Below are positions 1 through 9,506 of a stretch of DNA of 64,000 nt, one piece after another. Within the stretch, counting starts at the first letter, position 1; every line of letters starts with the position of its first letter. Below the pieces are notes generated by a model that saw only the letters and a program-made list of their open reading frames with translations, did not search any database and had not been told where the DNA came from. Source of the stretch: a virus; the IMG/VR virus record IMGVR_UViG_3300045988_154277. One strand, written 5' to 3'. The translations under genes were made by a program, and so were the position numbers.

Positions 1-372
1 AGAAGAGATGTCCATCAAGATCCGTTGTACTTCTTCTAAATACTGCTGTACCAGATTAATCTGCGGTTCAGTATACAACCTGGGCGGTTGCTGCTGATGT
101 AAGATCGATGTGTTGTAGAAACACTGTTGCGCCTCTTTCTGTTTGGCGAATTTGTACTTCATCTGTTCAACGATCTTATTGACAGATTCTCTGGCAACCT
201 CTTCAGGAGATTGCGTATTAGGTGTCATGTTGATCTTGGATAAGATCATGTTGGTGATGTCCTGCCCATGAAGCGTCCATTCATTCGTTGCGAAATTAAT
301 GAACTCATAATCTTCCACAGCTAGGATAGCTGTGCGGACCATCATTTCGACGTTGATGTTGGTTGGAAACAT
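1..372 (-). CDS. hypothetical protein, partial (runs off window start)
   Basis: ATG at 372-370 preceded by AAGGAGGT (rc of 'acctcctt' at 380-387); open to position 1 in frame (MFPTNINVEMMVRTAILAVEDYEF...). Confidence 0.55.
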   Translation of the reverse strand, partial: MFPTNINVEMMVRTAILAVEDYEFINFATNEWTLHGQDITNMILSKINMTPNTQSPEEVARESVNKIVEQMKYKFAKQKEAQQCFYNTSILHQQQPPRLYTEPQINLVQQYLEEVQRILMDISS

Positions 373-467
373 ACTGTTACCTCCTTGTTTATTTTGTTTT
401 GGTTGGGTGTTGTACATTGTAAGAATAGGGCTAGCTGAGAGATACGAACGATTAGATTGCTGATACT

Positions 468-638
468 TTACGTCTCAACAACTAACCGATCACCTTGACG
501 AACGACGCGTTTGATCGGAACGCGTCTACCATCCTGTGAACGAAGGGCTAATTTGTCCACAGGAATACGTCCTTTCGCAACATCTCTCAAAATACGAGAT
601 AATGTGTGACCGGAGACCGTCATAGTCATGCCAGGCAT
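468..638 (-). CDS. small hypothetical protein (56 aa)
   Basis: ATG at 638-636 with GGAGGTG RBS; translation MPGMTMTVSGHTLSRILRDVAKGRIPVDKLALRSQDGRRVPIKRVVRQGDRLVVET; below the 60-aa cutoff of the ORF track. Confidence 0.45.
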   Translation of the reverse strand: MPGMTMTVSGHTLSRILRDVAKGRIPVDKLALRSQDGRRVPIKRVVRQGDRLVVET

Positions 639-765
639 AGTTCTCACCTCCTTCCTAAAGTTGCTGGACGAAGGTTTGTATTGAGGTGTTGTATGGTGAT
701 TACAACTCGTCCTATTGTAATCACCAGGATGTTATCAGGTGATCTCAGCTAGAACCTATTCTCAA

Positions 766-778
766 CTAGTTATATATG
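766..778 (-). promoter_or_regulatory. copy of recurrent promoter-like motif (sense: GCATATATAACTAG)
   Basis: matches the TATATAT(A/T)AC family found upstream of at least 9 minus-strand genes. Confidence 0.4.
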
Positions 779-795
779 CTTAAAAATACGTTCAA

Positions 796-827
796 CTACA
801 CTGGATAGTGCGCACTATCCAGTGTAG
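796..827. terminator. perfect 32-nt palindrome hairpin
   Basis: ctacactggatagtgcgcactatccagtgtag; T-rich flank on the minus strand. Confidence 0.5.
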
Positions 828-855
828 TTGCTATGTTTGTTGTCGATATATAAGT

Positions 856-890
856 GTATACTGGAGTAGATTACCTCTACTCCAGTATAC
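856..890 (-). terminator. hairpin terminator after gene 896-2149
   Basis: gtatactggagtag-attacc-ctactccagtatac, 14-bp perfect stem directly after the stop at 896. Confidence 0.55.
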
Positions 891-895
891 AACAT

Positions 896-2149
896 TTACG
901 CTCTCTTGAAGGTAAGCAAGATGAAGTACAGGATCACAGCTGTACGGATCGATACCTTAGTAGCATCTCTTTTGTACTTCGTGTGTTCGTGGACGAACTT
1001 GTCCATACTGTACTTGATCGTGATGATGTCAGGATCATCAACACGAGAAGACTTAAATGCATTTCGGATCATCTCCAAGATCTGCATATTACTCCTCATG
1101 TCGACTTTCTTCAACACACAATACCGATAACATTTCTGGATGATCTCGGTAACCAAGATCCGAAATCCAACGAAGTATTTCTGACCTTTGATCGTCACAA
1201 CTTTGTCTTCTTCGTGGTGTCGATACTGCAGTGTAGCCATATCAGAAAATGCGATCAAAGCTTCTTCCAACATAGGAGGAGTGATCGTCTTCGTCAAAGC
1301 ACAGACTGACTTGATATCCAGATAACTCAAGAACGAACTGGTGTTCGTTACAACACCACAGACATTGATGATGGTGTTATCCAAAGTAGCACGGAGGGCT
1401 TTTAACTCACGTTCTCCTTCTGCATTCAACTGAGTCGCATCAGAACTCTTGATAATCACACCTTTGGCTACATTCTCATAGTAGTCGTGAGATACATTCG
1501 AGATCTTGGATGCCAACCGAGTGTGTAGGTCAGAGATCACATAGAGTACATTGGAATCAGGAGAGAACGTATGAAGCGTGTGATTGTGGACACTTTTCTC
1601 TGCTAATATCGTCTCACAGTGATCGTAGATGATCGCTCTCCATGTAGGAGTCTCTGGTCTCTTGATGTCGTTCTTCGCCGACAGTCGATCGATCGTCGCT
1701 TGCATGACATCGTGGTTCACTCCTTTGGGGAAGAACGTTTGGACTTTCCCTGTGAAGAACTTGTAGTTCAACAGAGCTAAGATCCAGAACGCACCATCAT
1801 GTTGCATCTGAGGATTCAGGTTGCTCTTCAGATAGCAGTACACCAACCAGATACAGAGGATGTTGAAATCATTCCCTGTAACATGGAACGACTTATTCAC
1901 TGAAACACAATCGTGGATCGCCCTGTTGAAATCAGGGCGATAGATGTTGAAGTTGTCGAACATGAACGCAGCATCCTTCGGTAAGAAGTATGCTCTGGAT
2001 ACAGCTAGCATGGGAGTATTGAACGCCGCAGGGTTCTGATCTCTCAGTTCGTACATCTGAACATATCGGATCAACGATCTCGTCTGAGCGATCGTCGGCT
2101 GGATGTCGAACTTATCCATGAAGAGCTGTTTAAGAGTAAGAGGTTGCAT
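896..2149 (-). CDS. hypothetical protein (417 aa) downstream of terminase
   Basis: long ORF; GAAGGAGT RBS; start ATG overlaps the terL stop by spacing (tcat at 2147-2153). Confidence 0.7.
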   Translation of the reverse strand: MQPLTLKQLFMDKFDIQPTIAQTRSLIRYVQMYELRDQNPAAFNTPMLAVSRAYFLPKDAAFMFDNFNIYRPDFNRAIHDCVSVNKSFHVTGNDFNILCIWLVYCYLKSNLNPQMQHDGAFWILALLNYKFFTGKVQTFFPKGVNHDVMQATIDRLSAKNDIKRPETPTWRAIIYDHCETILAEKSVHNHTLHTFSPDSNVLYVISDLHTRLASKISNVSHDYYENVAKGVIIKSSDATQLNAEGERELKALRATLDNTIINVCGVVTNTSSFLSYLDIKSVCALTKTITPPMLEEALIAFSDMATLQYRHHEEDKVVTIKGQKYFVGFRILVTEIIQKCYRYCVLKKVDMRSNMQILEMIRNAFKSSRVDDPDIITIKYSMDKFVHEHTKYKRDATKVSIRTAVILYFILLTFKRA

Positions 2150-2150
2150 A

Positions 2151-4244
2151 TCAGAAATACTCCTTCAGCTTGCGAAAATCGAATGGTGTGAACTGCTGTG
2201 CTTTCGAAGCTTGTTGTTTCACTTGGTCAGCACTGATCAGGTTATCATCGACCAACTTATCGTCTACCAAAGACTCTAAGTGTCGCAGTTCACGTTCATA
2301 CGATGTCTTCACCATAGCGTTGGAAGTGCCCAAGATCAATCCTTTTAACTCTCCGATCCTCTCACGGATCTTAAGCTGTCTACTCTTCGCTTCTGGATCC
2401 ACATGCTCTCCTTCCAGGTTCACTCCTTTCAGGACTTCTCCTTTGGGGATCCCATACAAGTGGTGGTTCTTACCATAAAGAGCGAAGAAACACGTTAACA
2501 ACCAAGCGATCACCATATCGTCATGGGATCCGATCGGATGGTCAACACGTCCATTCCTCACAGTAAGTGATTTGATTTCACTTGCCAAATCAGCATCAAA
2601 CAACCGGTTTGCCATGTACTGAAGACTGGTGATCAATACACGCCCATAGAGGATATTACGACTATCCTGACTGCTGGTGGTGTTGAACCCGAAGTGCTTA
2701 CGTTTGGTTCCATCTCCGATGTCGATCTGACTGATATCCAAGAACCCATCGCTTCCATCTTGGAAATAGGTATTATAGATCCGATAGAACGGGTTGATCC
2801 TCTTCTTGATCATCATGTCGATCAGAAGATCGATCATGAACGCTCCGTTCTTATTACGTTCTGGGATCAGGATACTGTTCGGTAGCATATCCATCAACTC
2901 TGCGATACACGATGCGACATTTACCAAGTTAGTAACGTTACACTTACACGTTGCTACCACAGAGAGATCCAATGGATCAGAGATCACCAATGTAGTATTA
3001 TCACGTCCTACGTTGTCCGAAGTATCCAACCCGATCAGATAGTTCCTCTTGCGATTTTCATCATTCATCAGGATAGAACGTTTAACATACCAACGCACGA
3101 TCAACCCACCGTGTGTGGTGAACTCCGTAGGTTCGCAGATCGATGCGTTGAGGCGATTCAACAACTCGATAGGAACGATCGACTGTCCAGTACCCAACTG
3201 CCATTCGTTGAGATAGTCGACAGCCACCGTAATAGCATCTTTCCCATCGGACATCTCTTCCAACCACGCATCATCCTCTCCTAACTGTTTATAGGAGTAT
3301 TCGAGATACATCATCGTCTTGCCGCCCATCCCTCTCATCCACTCTCGAACAGCAGCAACGTCTTTAAGGTCATAAACACACTCGTTAAACCGTGCACTGT
3401 TGGACTTCAGATGGAACGCATAAGCGCCTGCTGGGTCGTTGAGCATACCTGCCGTTGTAGTGAGGATGTTCGCAGAGGGGATCCCTCGTTCGAATGCCAT
3501 CTTCCTAGCGGTAGCACACGCACCTGTGGCAGATGGATACGACTTATGGTTGTTCACATAGTACGCCATCTCATCCCACCATTGTGAAGACGTGGTCTCA
3601 CCACGTCCCTGTCTTGCAGCACGACGCATATCCTGCTGAGCAACGAAGGATTTAACAGCATTCTTCAATCTACGATAAGTAACGTCTTCCTGGTTCTTGG
3701 TGTCGTTCTTATAATCGACAAGGTACTCAGGAAGACTGTTACGGATCTCCTTGATACGTTTAATGTTCTCAGAACGAAGACTATCGTCCTTCGCGAAGAT
3801 CCCGATAGTGATGTTCTTAGCAGCTAAGAACTCCTCCCACGACAGGATACACACAACACCGATGGTCTTACCCTTCTGGCGAGGCATGGTTAAGAAGCTA
3901 TCGATGGAGTTCAAGAAACACCAGTTCAGAGCTAAGTTCGCTCTGGAGAACTGATAGTGGATCGGATCACCGCCAGGGGCAGGCACACGAATCACTTCTC
4001 TTAAGTAATACCAAGGGTTGACCTTACACTCATAAGCGATCCTCTGTCTTAGTTCTACAGAAGGATCCTTTAGATCGTAAGGGTCATATTTTTGGAGATC
4101 TGGTTGTGACAAGAACAAGAAGAACTTATTGTTCTTGATCCCCATATCCTTCAGGATACGATACATACGGAAACAAGAAGCATTCGTCGTGTTCGTATCC
4201 AAAATACCACTGTGAGTATTATAATCATCTAAGAATAGTAGCAT
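2151..4244 (-). CDS. terL: terminase large subunit (T4 gp17-like)
   Basis: Walker A segment MPRQKGKTIGVVCILSWEEF...PEYL parallels T4 gp17 SRQLGKTTVVAIFLAHF...PDFL; C-terminal nuclease-domain motif HPIGSHDDMVIAWL resembles gp17 EEGYHDDLVMSL. Confidence 0.9.
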   Translation of the reverse strand: MLLFLDDYNTHSGILDTNTTNASCFRMYRILKDMGIKNNKFFLFLSQPDLQKYDPYDLKDPSVELRQRIAYECKVNPWYYLREVIRVPAPGGDPIHYQFSRANLALNWCFLNSIDSFLTMPRQKGKTIGVVCILSWEEFLAAKNITIGIFAKDDSLRSENIKRIKEIRNSLPEYLVDYKNDTKNQEDVTYRRLKNAVKSFVAQQDMRRAARQGRGETTSSQWWDEMAYYVNNHKSYPSATGACATARKMAFERGIPSANILTTTAGMLNDPAGAYAFHLKSNSARFNECVYDLKDVAAVREWMRGMGGKTMMYLEYSYKQLGEDDAWLEEMSDGKDAITVAVDYLNEWQLGTGQSIVPIELLNRLNASICEPTEFTTHGGLIVRWYVKRSILMNDENRKRNYLIGLDTSDNVGRDNTTLVISDPLDLSVVATCKCNVTNLVNVASCIAELMDMLPNSILIPERNKNGAFMIDLLIDMMIKKRINPFYRIYNTYFQDGSDGFLDISQIDIGDGTKRKHFGFNTTSSQDSRNILYGRVLITSLQYMANRLFDADLASEIKSLTVRNGRVDHPIGSHDDMVIAWLLTCFFALYGKNHHLYGIPKGEVLKGVNLEGEHVDPEAKSRQLKIRERIGELKGLILGTSNAMVKTSYERELRHLESLVDDKLVDDNLISADQVKQQASKAQQFTPFDFRKLKEYF

Positions 4245-4303
4245 AGCAACTCCTTTGTGAATCTATCAAAAAGCATACCATGCTCCAATCTACAAAAGAA
4301 ATA

Positions 4304-4339
4304 GTATCTAGAGGATAGTATCGACTATCCTCTAGATAC
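4304..4339 (-). terminator. rho-independent terminator
   Basis: gtatctagaggatag-tatcg-actatcctctagatac, 15-bp perfect stem followed by a T-run on the minus strand. Confidence 0.6.
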
Positions 4340-4340
4340 A

Positions 4341-4934
4341 TCAATCTACTTTGAACGGTATGATATCACTCATATCCAATCCAGAAGCATTCGATCGCAG
4401 TTCTATCTTCACAGCGAATCCTTCTGACTTGCTAGGACTGAGTGTCATACGGACGAAGATATTGATCATCGTACCAGTGTTGTTGATCGGCTCCATCGAT
4501 ACGAAACATTTATGTCTATGTGTGGTATTCCACTCATTCATCGAGTCGTTGAAATAAACTCTCAATTCCTCGATACCGAACTGACCTCTATGCTTGAGTG
4601 ATTCGATCCTGTCTTTGTAGAACACCAATAGAGAACAGAGTTCTTCATCGATTACAGCATCAGGATGTTCTCGATTGTGTAAGATTGCGACACACTTATC
4701 CTGGAGATCTTTGATCTTGATCCTTGGGTCTCCGTAGTACACCTGTTCAAATACGATCTGTTGTAACTCAGCAACGCATTCAGAACACAGTAACTCTTCG
4801 TATAGACCAACTTGTTTCAAGGTGAGCTCTCTTGCAAAATACTGATTAAGGATGTCGATCATCTCTAATGTTCTGTTACAACAGCAACATCTGTGAGGCA
4901 CACCCTCTTCGAAATCATCTTCCTCTTCCATCAC
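4341..4934 (-). CDS. hypothetical protein with N-terminal Cys4 cluster (HRCCCCNR ... CSEC)
   Basis: 197-aa ORF directly upstream of terL; acidic N-terminus; no recognisable family. Confidence 0.6.
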   Translation of the reverse strand: MMEEEDDFEEGVPHRCCCCNRTLEMIDILNQYFARELTLKQVGLYEELLCSECVAELQQIVFEQVYYGDPRIKIKDLQDKCVAILHNREHPDAVIDEELCSLLVFYKDRIESLKHRGQFGIEELRVYFNDSMNEWNTTHRHKCFVSMEPINNTGTMINIFVRMTLSPSKSEGFAVKIELRSNASGLDMSDIIPFKVD

Positions 4935-5185
4935 GATGTCCTTATCTTGAAGGTATACGGACCTTGCTTTGCCAACACACTGTCACCCGGTACGGTGATG
5001 ATCACTGTAGTATATGGCTCAAAATGGTGTAGCTCTACGCTTGCGTTTTGCGTCACAGGCAACACATCTTTCACGCACTCTGATACGATCTGTAAGATCT
5101 CATTGATGCTACAGATTGCATGATGTTTTTCTTGATAGTTGATGTAGTCTGTGATCCGATCCTTCAATGGGTTATGGGTATCCAT
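4931..5185 (-). CDS. small hypothetical protein (84 aa)
   Basis: GAGGAG RBS; start/stop overlap with the downstream gene. Confidence 0.5.
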   Translation of the reverse strand: MDTHNPLKDRITDYINYQEKHHAICSINEILQIVSECVKDVLPVTQNASVELHHFEPYTTVIITVPGDSVLAKQGPYTFKIRTS

Positions 5186-5208
5186 GTTGTTGACTCCTCA
5201 GTAAAAAA

Positions 5209-5235
5209 GAAGGTGATACTTCATGTATCACCTTC
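5209..5235 (-). terminator. hairpin terminator
   Basis: gaaggtgatac-ttcat-gtatcaccttc between the genes at 5245 and 5185. Confidence 0.5.
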
Positions 5236-5244
5236 ATAAATTGA

Positions 5245-5793
5245 TCACCGACGTTTGTCGGAGACTTTGCGGCGAGGAGCCTCTTTCGCACCTCTGTGTT
5301 CTTTGATCCGAACGTTGTGTTCCTTGTCGTCCTCTTTGGACTGACGAGGCTTGTGCGCCTGTTTGGGCTTACTGTCGTGTTTCTTGACCGTTTCCCAATC
5401 ATCGTCCGATTCGTGTTCTTTGATGATATTCATGGTCTTTTCCACAAACGCATCGGACACCACATAGTTGAGATCGATCAGCTTCGTCTCTTTCATGATG
5501 GTGAGCTTCTTGCTGGATAGAGGAAGTTCATTGATGGTTGCACGGAGTACTTTGACCTGATCTTGCAAGAAGTCTTTCAGCTTGTCCTTGACGGGATGTT
5601 TCCTCCCAACGACCTCTTTGTAGTCCCTCAGGATGATCTGAAGAACCCACTTCTCCTGTCCAAGAAGTTTATCGTTCATAGCGGTCTGCACCTCTTCGTG
5701 CTTATTGCAAGCACGACCTTCACCGTACCGTTTGCTGGTACGGCGAGTGCACGATTCACCACAGATTACACAGGTAAACGTCTGAAATCCCAT
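5245..5793 (-). CDS. hypothetical protein; N-terminal zinc finger (CVICGESC...C..H) and basic C-terminal tail
   Basis: start refined to MGFQTF (ATG at 5793) with TTAAGGAGAAAACAAATG RBS; lysine/arginine-rich C-terminus. Confidence 0.6.
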   Translation of the reverse strand: MGFQTFTCVICGESCTRRTSKRYGEGRACNKHEEVQTAMNDKLLGQEKWVLQIILRDYKEVVGRKHPVKDKLKDFLQDQVKVLRATINELPLSSKKLTIMKETKLIDLNYVVSDAFVEKTMNIIKEHESDDDWETVKKHDSKPKQAHKPRQSKEDDKEHNVRIKEHRGAKEAPRRKVSDKRR

Positions 5794-5855
5794 TTGTTTT
5801 CTCCTTAAGTTAAGATGGGTGTTGTTACGTGTATAGGGTATACACATTGTAACAA

Positions 5856-5873
5856 GTTATATATACTTGAAAA
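5856..5873 (-). promoter_or_regulatory. promoter-like motif (sense: TTTCAAGTATATATAAC)
   Basis: recurrent motif about 65 nt upstream of the ATG of gene 5245-5793, directly after a terminator. Confidence 0.5.
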
Positions 5874-5879
5874 TAGGTC

Positions 5880-5909
5880 GACCTACAGGGTGATATCACC
5901 CTGTAGGTC
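5880..5909 (-). terminator. rho-independent terminator
   Basis: gacctacagggtga-ta-tcaccctgtaggtc perfect palindrome after the stop at 5919. Confidence 0.6.
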
Positions 5910-5918
5910 TTATAACGA

Positions 5919-6746
5919 TTACTGAGAGATCTTCTTGAATCCAATCGTGAATGCGATGTCATCCGTGGCTTTGCCGAGGATCTTACCAAGTTCATACACC
6001 TGGTTGTAAAGTACGATACGATCTCCGACCTTAACGGTCTTCATCGTAAGTACGATATCTTCCAGAGCCATACGGATACAACGATAAATCATCCAGCCTT
6101 TCAGGACTTCTGTGATCGGTACTTCATAATCATCAGAACCCACAGAAGGAGCGATATTCACACTCTTGCTGAGGAACCGGATCCAGTCGATATTGACGAA
6201 CCAGTTCATCATCGTCCCATACGGCGTACGATCGAAGAGACGATAATTCGGCACAAGATCCAGTCCTTCGAACAGATCATCGTACGAAGAGAACTCCATC
6301 TCTGGGAATGCTTTGATATCGGTGTAGATGATACCGAAGTTGATATCACCAACGGATACCTTCATGTGAAGTTTGTTCGCTGGATAGATAACTTTCCAAG
6401 GTTCCTCTGCTCTGATAAACACTTCTCTGAGGATATTGAGAACGATATCTCTGCAGATCTTGGGGATCAGATACTGCTGAGGTTCTTGCCAAACCTTGAG
6501 TGTGTTCTCCAACAGATAACGTTTCGAGATCGATTGAAGTGTGGTGTCCTCAAGATAGTACACGTTGTTGGTTACACCTTCCAAAATCTGTTCTCTCACT
6601 TGGAGTTCTGCCAAGATCATAGAACGGATGTCTGCGTAGTTCTTGTTGATGAACTCCTTCAGTTCCTGGTAAGCTGCAACTACTTCATCCGATACAGTGT
6701 CGCAAGTGCAGGTGGTGCACGGTGTCGTGCAAGTACAAGTTGTCAT
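5919..6746 (-). CDS. hypothetical protein with N-terminal Cys/Thr repeat (MTTCTCTTPCTTCTCD)
   Basis: 275-aa ORF; the N-terminus is a near-repeat of (T)C-T units at both DNA and protein level. Confidence 0.65.
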   Translation of the reverse strand: MTTCTCTTPCTTCTCDTVSDEVVAAYQELKEFINKNYADIRSMILAELQVREQILEGVTNNVYYLEDTTLQSISKRYLLENTLKVWQEPQQYLIPKICRDIVLNILREVFIRAEEPWKVIYPANKLHMKVSVGDINFGIIYTDIKAFPEMEFSSYDDLFEGLDLVPNYRLFDRTPYGTMMNWFVNIDWIRFLSKSVNIAPSVGSDDYEVPITEVLKGWMIYRCIRMALEDIVLTMKTVKVGDRIVLYNQVYELGKILGKATDDIAFTIGFKKISQ

Positions 6747-6774
6747 AGGTTGTCTCCTTAAGTGAATGTGTATA

Positions 6775-7137
6775 TCATTTTGACTCTAAGGAGAGATCTA
6801 CGTAACAGAAGGAGCAGATAAGCACTTCGTCTGACTCATCCAACATGGTGTCGTTCGTAAGTGGGATTTCAACGTTGGTGACGTATCCATCTTCATCTCT
6901 ATCCGACTCCAGGACCGAGAGTTCGTCATATCGATAAGACCGTACTGGATGGGATGTATCAATGTTCTTGATTACGATCTCGTCTCCTGTGGATCCCAAA
7001 CAGAATCGATACAACTTGACGTAGTTGATCCCTGTCATCTCATCGGTATAAAGGTGGATGAGATAGGGTTTTCCTTGGATCAACAGTTCTCCTGTAGCGT
7101 TGACCTTCAGGATCGTGGTGTGTAAAAAGCGATGCAT
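6775..7137 (-). CDS. hypothetical protein (120 aa)
   Basis: ORF with RBS; acidic patches. Confidence 0.55.
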   Translation of the reverse strand: MHRFLHTTILKVNATGELLIQGKPYLIHLYTDEMTGINYVKLYRFCLGSTGDEIVIKNIDTSHPVRSYRYDELSVLESDRDEDGYVTNVEIPLTNDTMLDESDEVLICSFCYVDLSLESK

Positions 7138-7231
7138 TATGATTCCTCCCTGTTGGTATGTGAACGTGTGTAAGATAGTGAGAACATCTCAACATCTACG
7201 TTACTGTAATGTAACGTAGATGTTGAACATA

Positions 7232-7696
7232 TTAATTGGCTCTGGATTCAGCACCTTTCGATGTGAATATGACATCCGAGTAAGGATCGTAGAATACTTG
7301 ACGTTGATCAAGATGGAACAGTAATCTGTTCAGGTAATATGCAAAGTCCACGTCTTTACCAACCTCCATATACCCGTACACAATAACCTTAGTGATACGA
7401 TCGGCGAACTCAACAGAGATACCAGTATCAGTTAATACTTTCACCAACTGAGCTCTGTAATCCTCTGACTGACTCACTCCCCGTCTATGGATCAGAAGAG
7501 AAGCGATGATCGTACGATACGCCTCTACACCAGCAACGGTGTGCTCGTAACTTGGATACTTGCAAATATCACGGATCGTATCAGCCGTTCTTACAGCCTG
7601 ACGTTCCAGTTCATCTTGGAACACTACGGTTCCGGTACGACATCCCGCCAGAATGAGCATCACACATCCAACGAAAAATAAAACAAGTTTATGCAT
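7232..7696 (-). CDS. putative lipoprotein (signal peptide with lipobox L-A-G-C)
   Basis: start refined to MHKLVLFFVGCVMLILAGC with TAGGAGGTCTTATG RBS; hydrophobic h-region followed by Cys. Confidence 0.6.
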   Translation of the reverse strand: MHKLVLFFVGCVMLILAGCRTGTVVFQDELERQAVRTADTIRDICKYPSYEHTVAGVEAYRTIIASLLIHRRGVSQSEDYRAQLVKVLTDTGISVEFADRITKVIVYGYMEVGKDVDFAYYLNRLLFHLDQRQVFYDPYSDVIFTSKGAESRAN

Positions 7697-7725
7697 AAGA
7701 CCTCCTATTAGGTTACCCATAGGGT

Positions 7726-7747
7726 GGTTGAGTTGTTACGCTCAACC
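7726..7747 (-). terminator. hairpin
   Basis: ggttgag-ttgttacg-ctcaacc after the stop at 7758. Confidence 0.45.
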
Positions 7748-7757
7748 CCCTGATAGG

Positions 7758-8675
7758 TTACTTGTGTGACATATATACAGGATTGATATTGTCCATACCT
7801 TCCTGTTTCATATAGTTGACATAGTTATCGACTTTGTCACGAACCCAGTGATCCAATAATTCACACTGGTTATCCAGAGTACGACAGTCCTTCTTCCAAG
7901 GCATATCGACCACCAACCAATGACCACCGTAATAGTAATCATCGTTCATTTGGATCCCGTATAGAACGGCGATAGTGTTCATATCAGGATGTTCAAACAG
8001 ATTCTGGTGAATGATCTTGACTTTGCTATCCGGACAATCCGGAACGTACTGGTTGTTGATGTAGTGTTTTCCAACATTCCAACCAACATCCCCAAGATAG
8101 GCTTTGGTAGCATCTCGTAGATCGTTGTAAATGTACTCGACATCCTGTTCATCCAATGAGTTCCCATCCGTGATATAACACGGCACAGGTCTTGCCAGGA
8201 TGTATTTCGCCAGTCCAATCCGCGATGTGGCTTCTCCAAATTGTTTGGTATACCAATCTTGTAATTCGGACATTGGTTCACCTTCATCAGGAAAGATCGC
8301 GCTGTATTTCCGTATCCAATCTCTGATCTTATCAATCAATGCTTGGTTCTGCATCACTGTAGAAAAGCTGTCTTGGATAGATGTGTTAGATACACGGAAC
8401 GTCTTGTACTTGTTGTCCTTATACTTGAACTGATAGACGGCGTAGTTACCAGTCTTATCGTTATAAGTATCCAATGTGGATATACGAACATCAGAGTCGT
8501 TTGTAACGACTTGATCTAACGTTCTGAACAGTCCACATTTGTAATTGGAAGCTGCAACATCAGAAGCGGTTCTTCCACAGTAATCACTTAAGAAGATCGC
8601 AGCGCAGTTCTTGACAACATCGGGTGCATCTTCACGCACCCGGAATTGTAAACGCATCGCTCGTTTCACTGACAT
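7758..8675 (-). CDS. hypothetical protein (about 305 aa)
   Basis: start refined to MSVKRAMRL with AGAGGAGGG RBS; no recognisable family. Confidence 0.65.
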   Translation of the reverse strand: MSVKRAMRLQFRVREDAPDVVKNCAAIFLSDYCGRTASDVAASNYKCGLFRTLDQVVTNDSDVRISTLDTYNDKTGNYAVYQFKYKDNKYKTFRVSNTSIQDSFSTVMQNQALIDKIRDWIRKYSAIFPDEGEPMSELQDWYTKQFGEATSRIGLAKYILARPVPCYITDGNSLDEQDVEYIYNDLRDATKAYLGDVGWNVGKHYINNQYVPDCPDSKVKIIHQNLFEHPDMNTIAVLYGIQMNDDYYYGGHWLVVDMPWKKDCRTLDNQCELLDHWVRDKVDNYVNYMKQEGMDNINPVYMSHK

Positions 8676-8872
8676 ACACAATACCCTCCTCTGTTGATCC
8701 CGAAGGATGCTAAATCACATTTGCGTAAACTCACAGTATGGTCTCCGATACTTACCTTGATGTGAGTGGATCGTTCTTCTACGAACTTCCCGTAGATCAG
8801 CTCTCCATTCTGTAACTGAACTCTGACCGTCTTACCAGGCCAACAACAATGATGTTTTGGTTGTCTCTTCAT
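8666..8872 (-). CDS. small hypothetical protein (68 aa)
   Basis: ATGA start/stop overlap with the upstream small gene (translational coupling); MKRQPKHHCCWPGKTVRVQLQNGELIYGKFV... Confidence 0.4.
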   Translation of the reverse strand: MKRQPKHHCCWPGKTVRVQLQNGELIYGKFVEERSTHIKVSIGDHTVSLRKCDLASFGINRGGYCVCQ

Positions 8873-9021
8873 AAGTTGCTTTCTTTTATAATAACTTTGA
8901 TGTTCCAAGCATGCCCACTCTGTTTCAAAGATAGGACGATTTGAGCAGCTTGATCCGGATCTTTGGCTACGCGGATGCAATGCCCATGTTTGGTCTCATA
9001 CTGAATGACTGCTTCTGACAT
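8869..9021 (-). CDS. small hypothetical protein (50 aa)
   Basis: GGAGGAA RBS plus ATG at 9021; MSEAVIQYETKHGHCIRVAKDPDQAAQIVLSLKQSGHAWNIKVIIKESNL. Confidence 0.45.
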   Translation of the reverse strand: MSEAVIQYETKHGHCIRVAKDPDQAAQIVLSLKQSGHAWNIKVIIKESNL

Positions 9022-9068
9022 AGTTTCCTCCTGTGCTTTAAGTTTATGATGTAGAACTATAACAAAAA

Positions 9069-9104
9069 TATCAACAGAGGAGGCACCAACCTCCTCTGTT
9101 GATA
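9069..9104 (-). terminator. hairpin terminator downstream of the tRNA cluster
   Basis: atcaacagaggagg-cacca-acctcctctgttgat. Confidence 0.55.
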
Positions 9105-9117
9105 TAGATATAATAAA

Positions 9118-9197
9118 TGGTCCGTGTGGAGGGATTCGAACCCCCGACAACTCCTGCTCCCAAAGCAGGCGCGCTAACCAGACTACGCTACACACGG
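9118..9197 (-). tRNA. tRNA-Pro (anticodon UGG), CCA encoded
   Basis: manual cloverleaf: acceptor CCGTGTG/CACACGG; anticodon arm CCTGC-TTTGGGA-GCAGG; T-arm GGGGG-TTCGAAT-CCCTC; 3' ACCA. Confidence 0.8.
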
Positions 9198-9206
9198 ATA
9201 TTGAAT

Positions 9207-9395
9207 TCATCGATTACCGTAACCAGCAGGAAGCTCACCAAGATCGTATCCTAGATCTAGATGACTCGCCTCTTCTTTTATTTTCTTATTCCGGATAGCT
9301 TCGGAGATGATCGCTTCTCGTTCTGCTTTTGCTTTCTTAAGGAAGTCTGCTGTGATCGCACACATACCTACATCCAATTCATCATCGAGGTCCAT
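9207..9395 (-). CDS. small acidic hypothetical protein between two tRNAs (62 aa)
   Basis: internal start MDLDDELDV with CAGGAGACAAC RBS; the ORF-track start would overlap tRNA-Gln. Confidence 0.4.
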   Translation of the reverse strand: MDLDDELDVGMCAITADFLKKAKAEREAIISEAIRNKKIKEEASHLDLGYDLGELPAGYGNR

Positions 9396-9419
9396 CAGTT
9401 GTCTCCTGTATTCAAAGAT

Positions 9420-9490
9420 TAGTCCCACCAGGATTCGAACCTAGACTAAAAGATCCAAACTCTTCTGTGCTACCATTACACCATGAGACT
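9420..9490 (-). tRNA. tRNA-Gln (anticodon UUG)
   Basis: acceptor AGTCTCA/TGGGACT (one G-U pair); D-arm GGTG..CAC(C); anticodon arm GAAGA-GTTTGGA-TCTTT; T-arm CTAGG-TTCGAAT-CCTGG; an alternative fold would give Pro. Confidence 0.65.
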
Positions 9491-9506
9491 ACGAAGTTGT
9501 ATAGGG

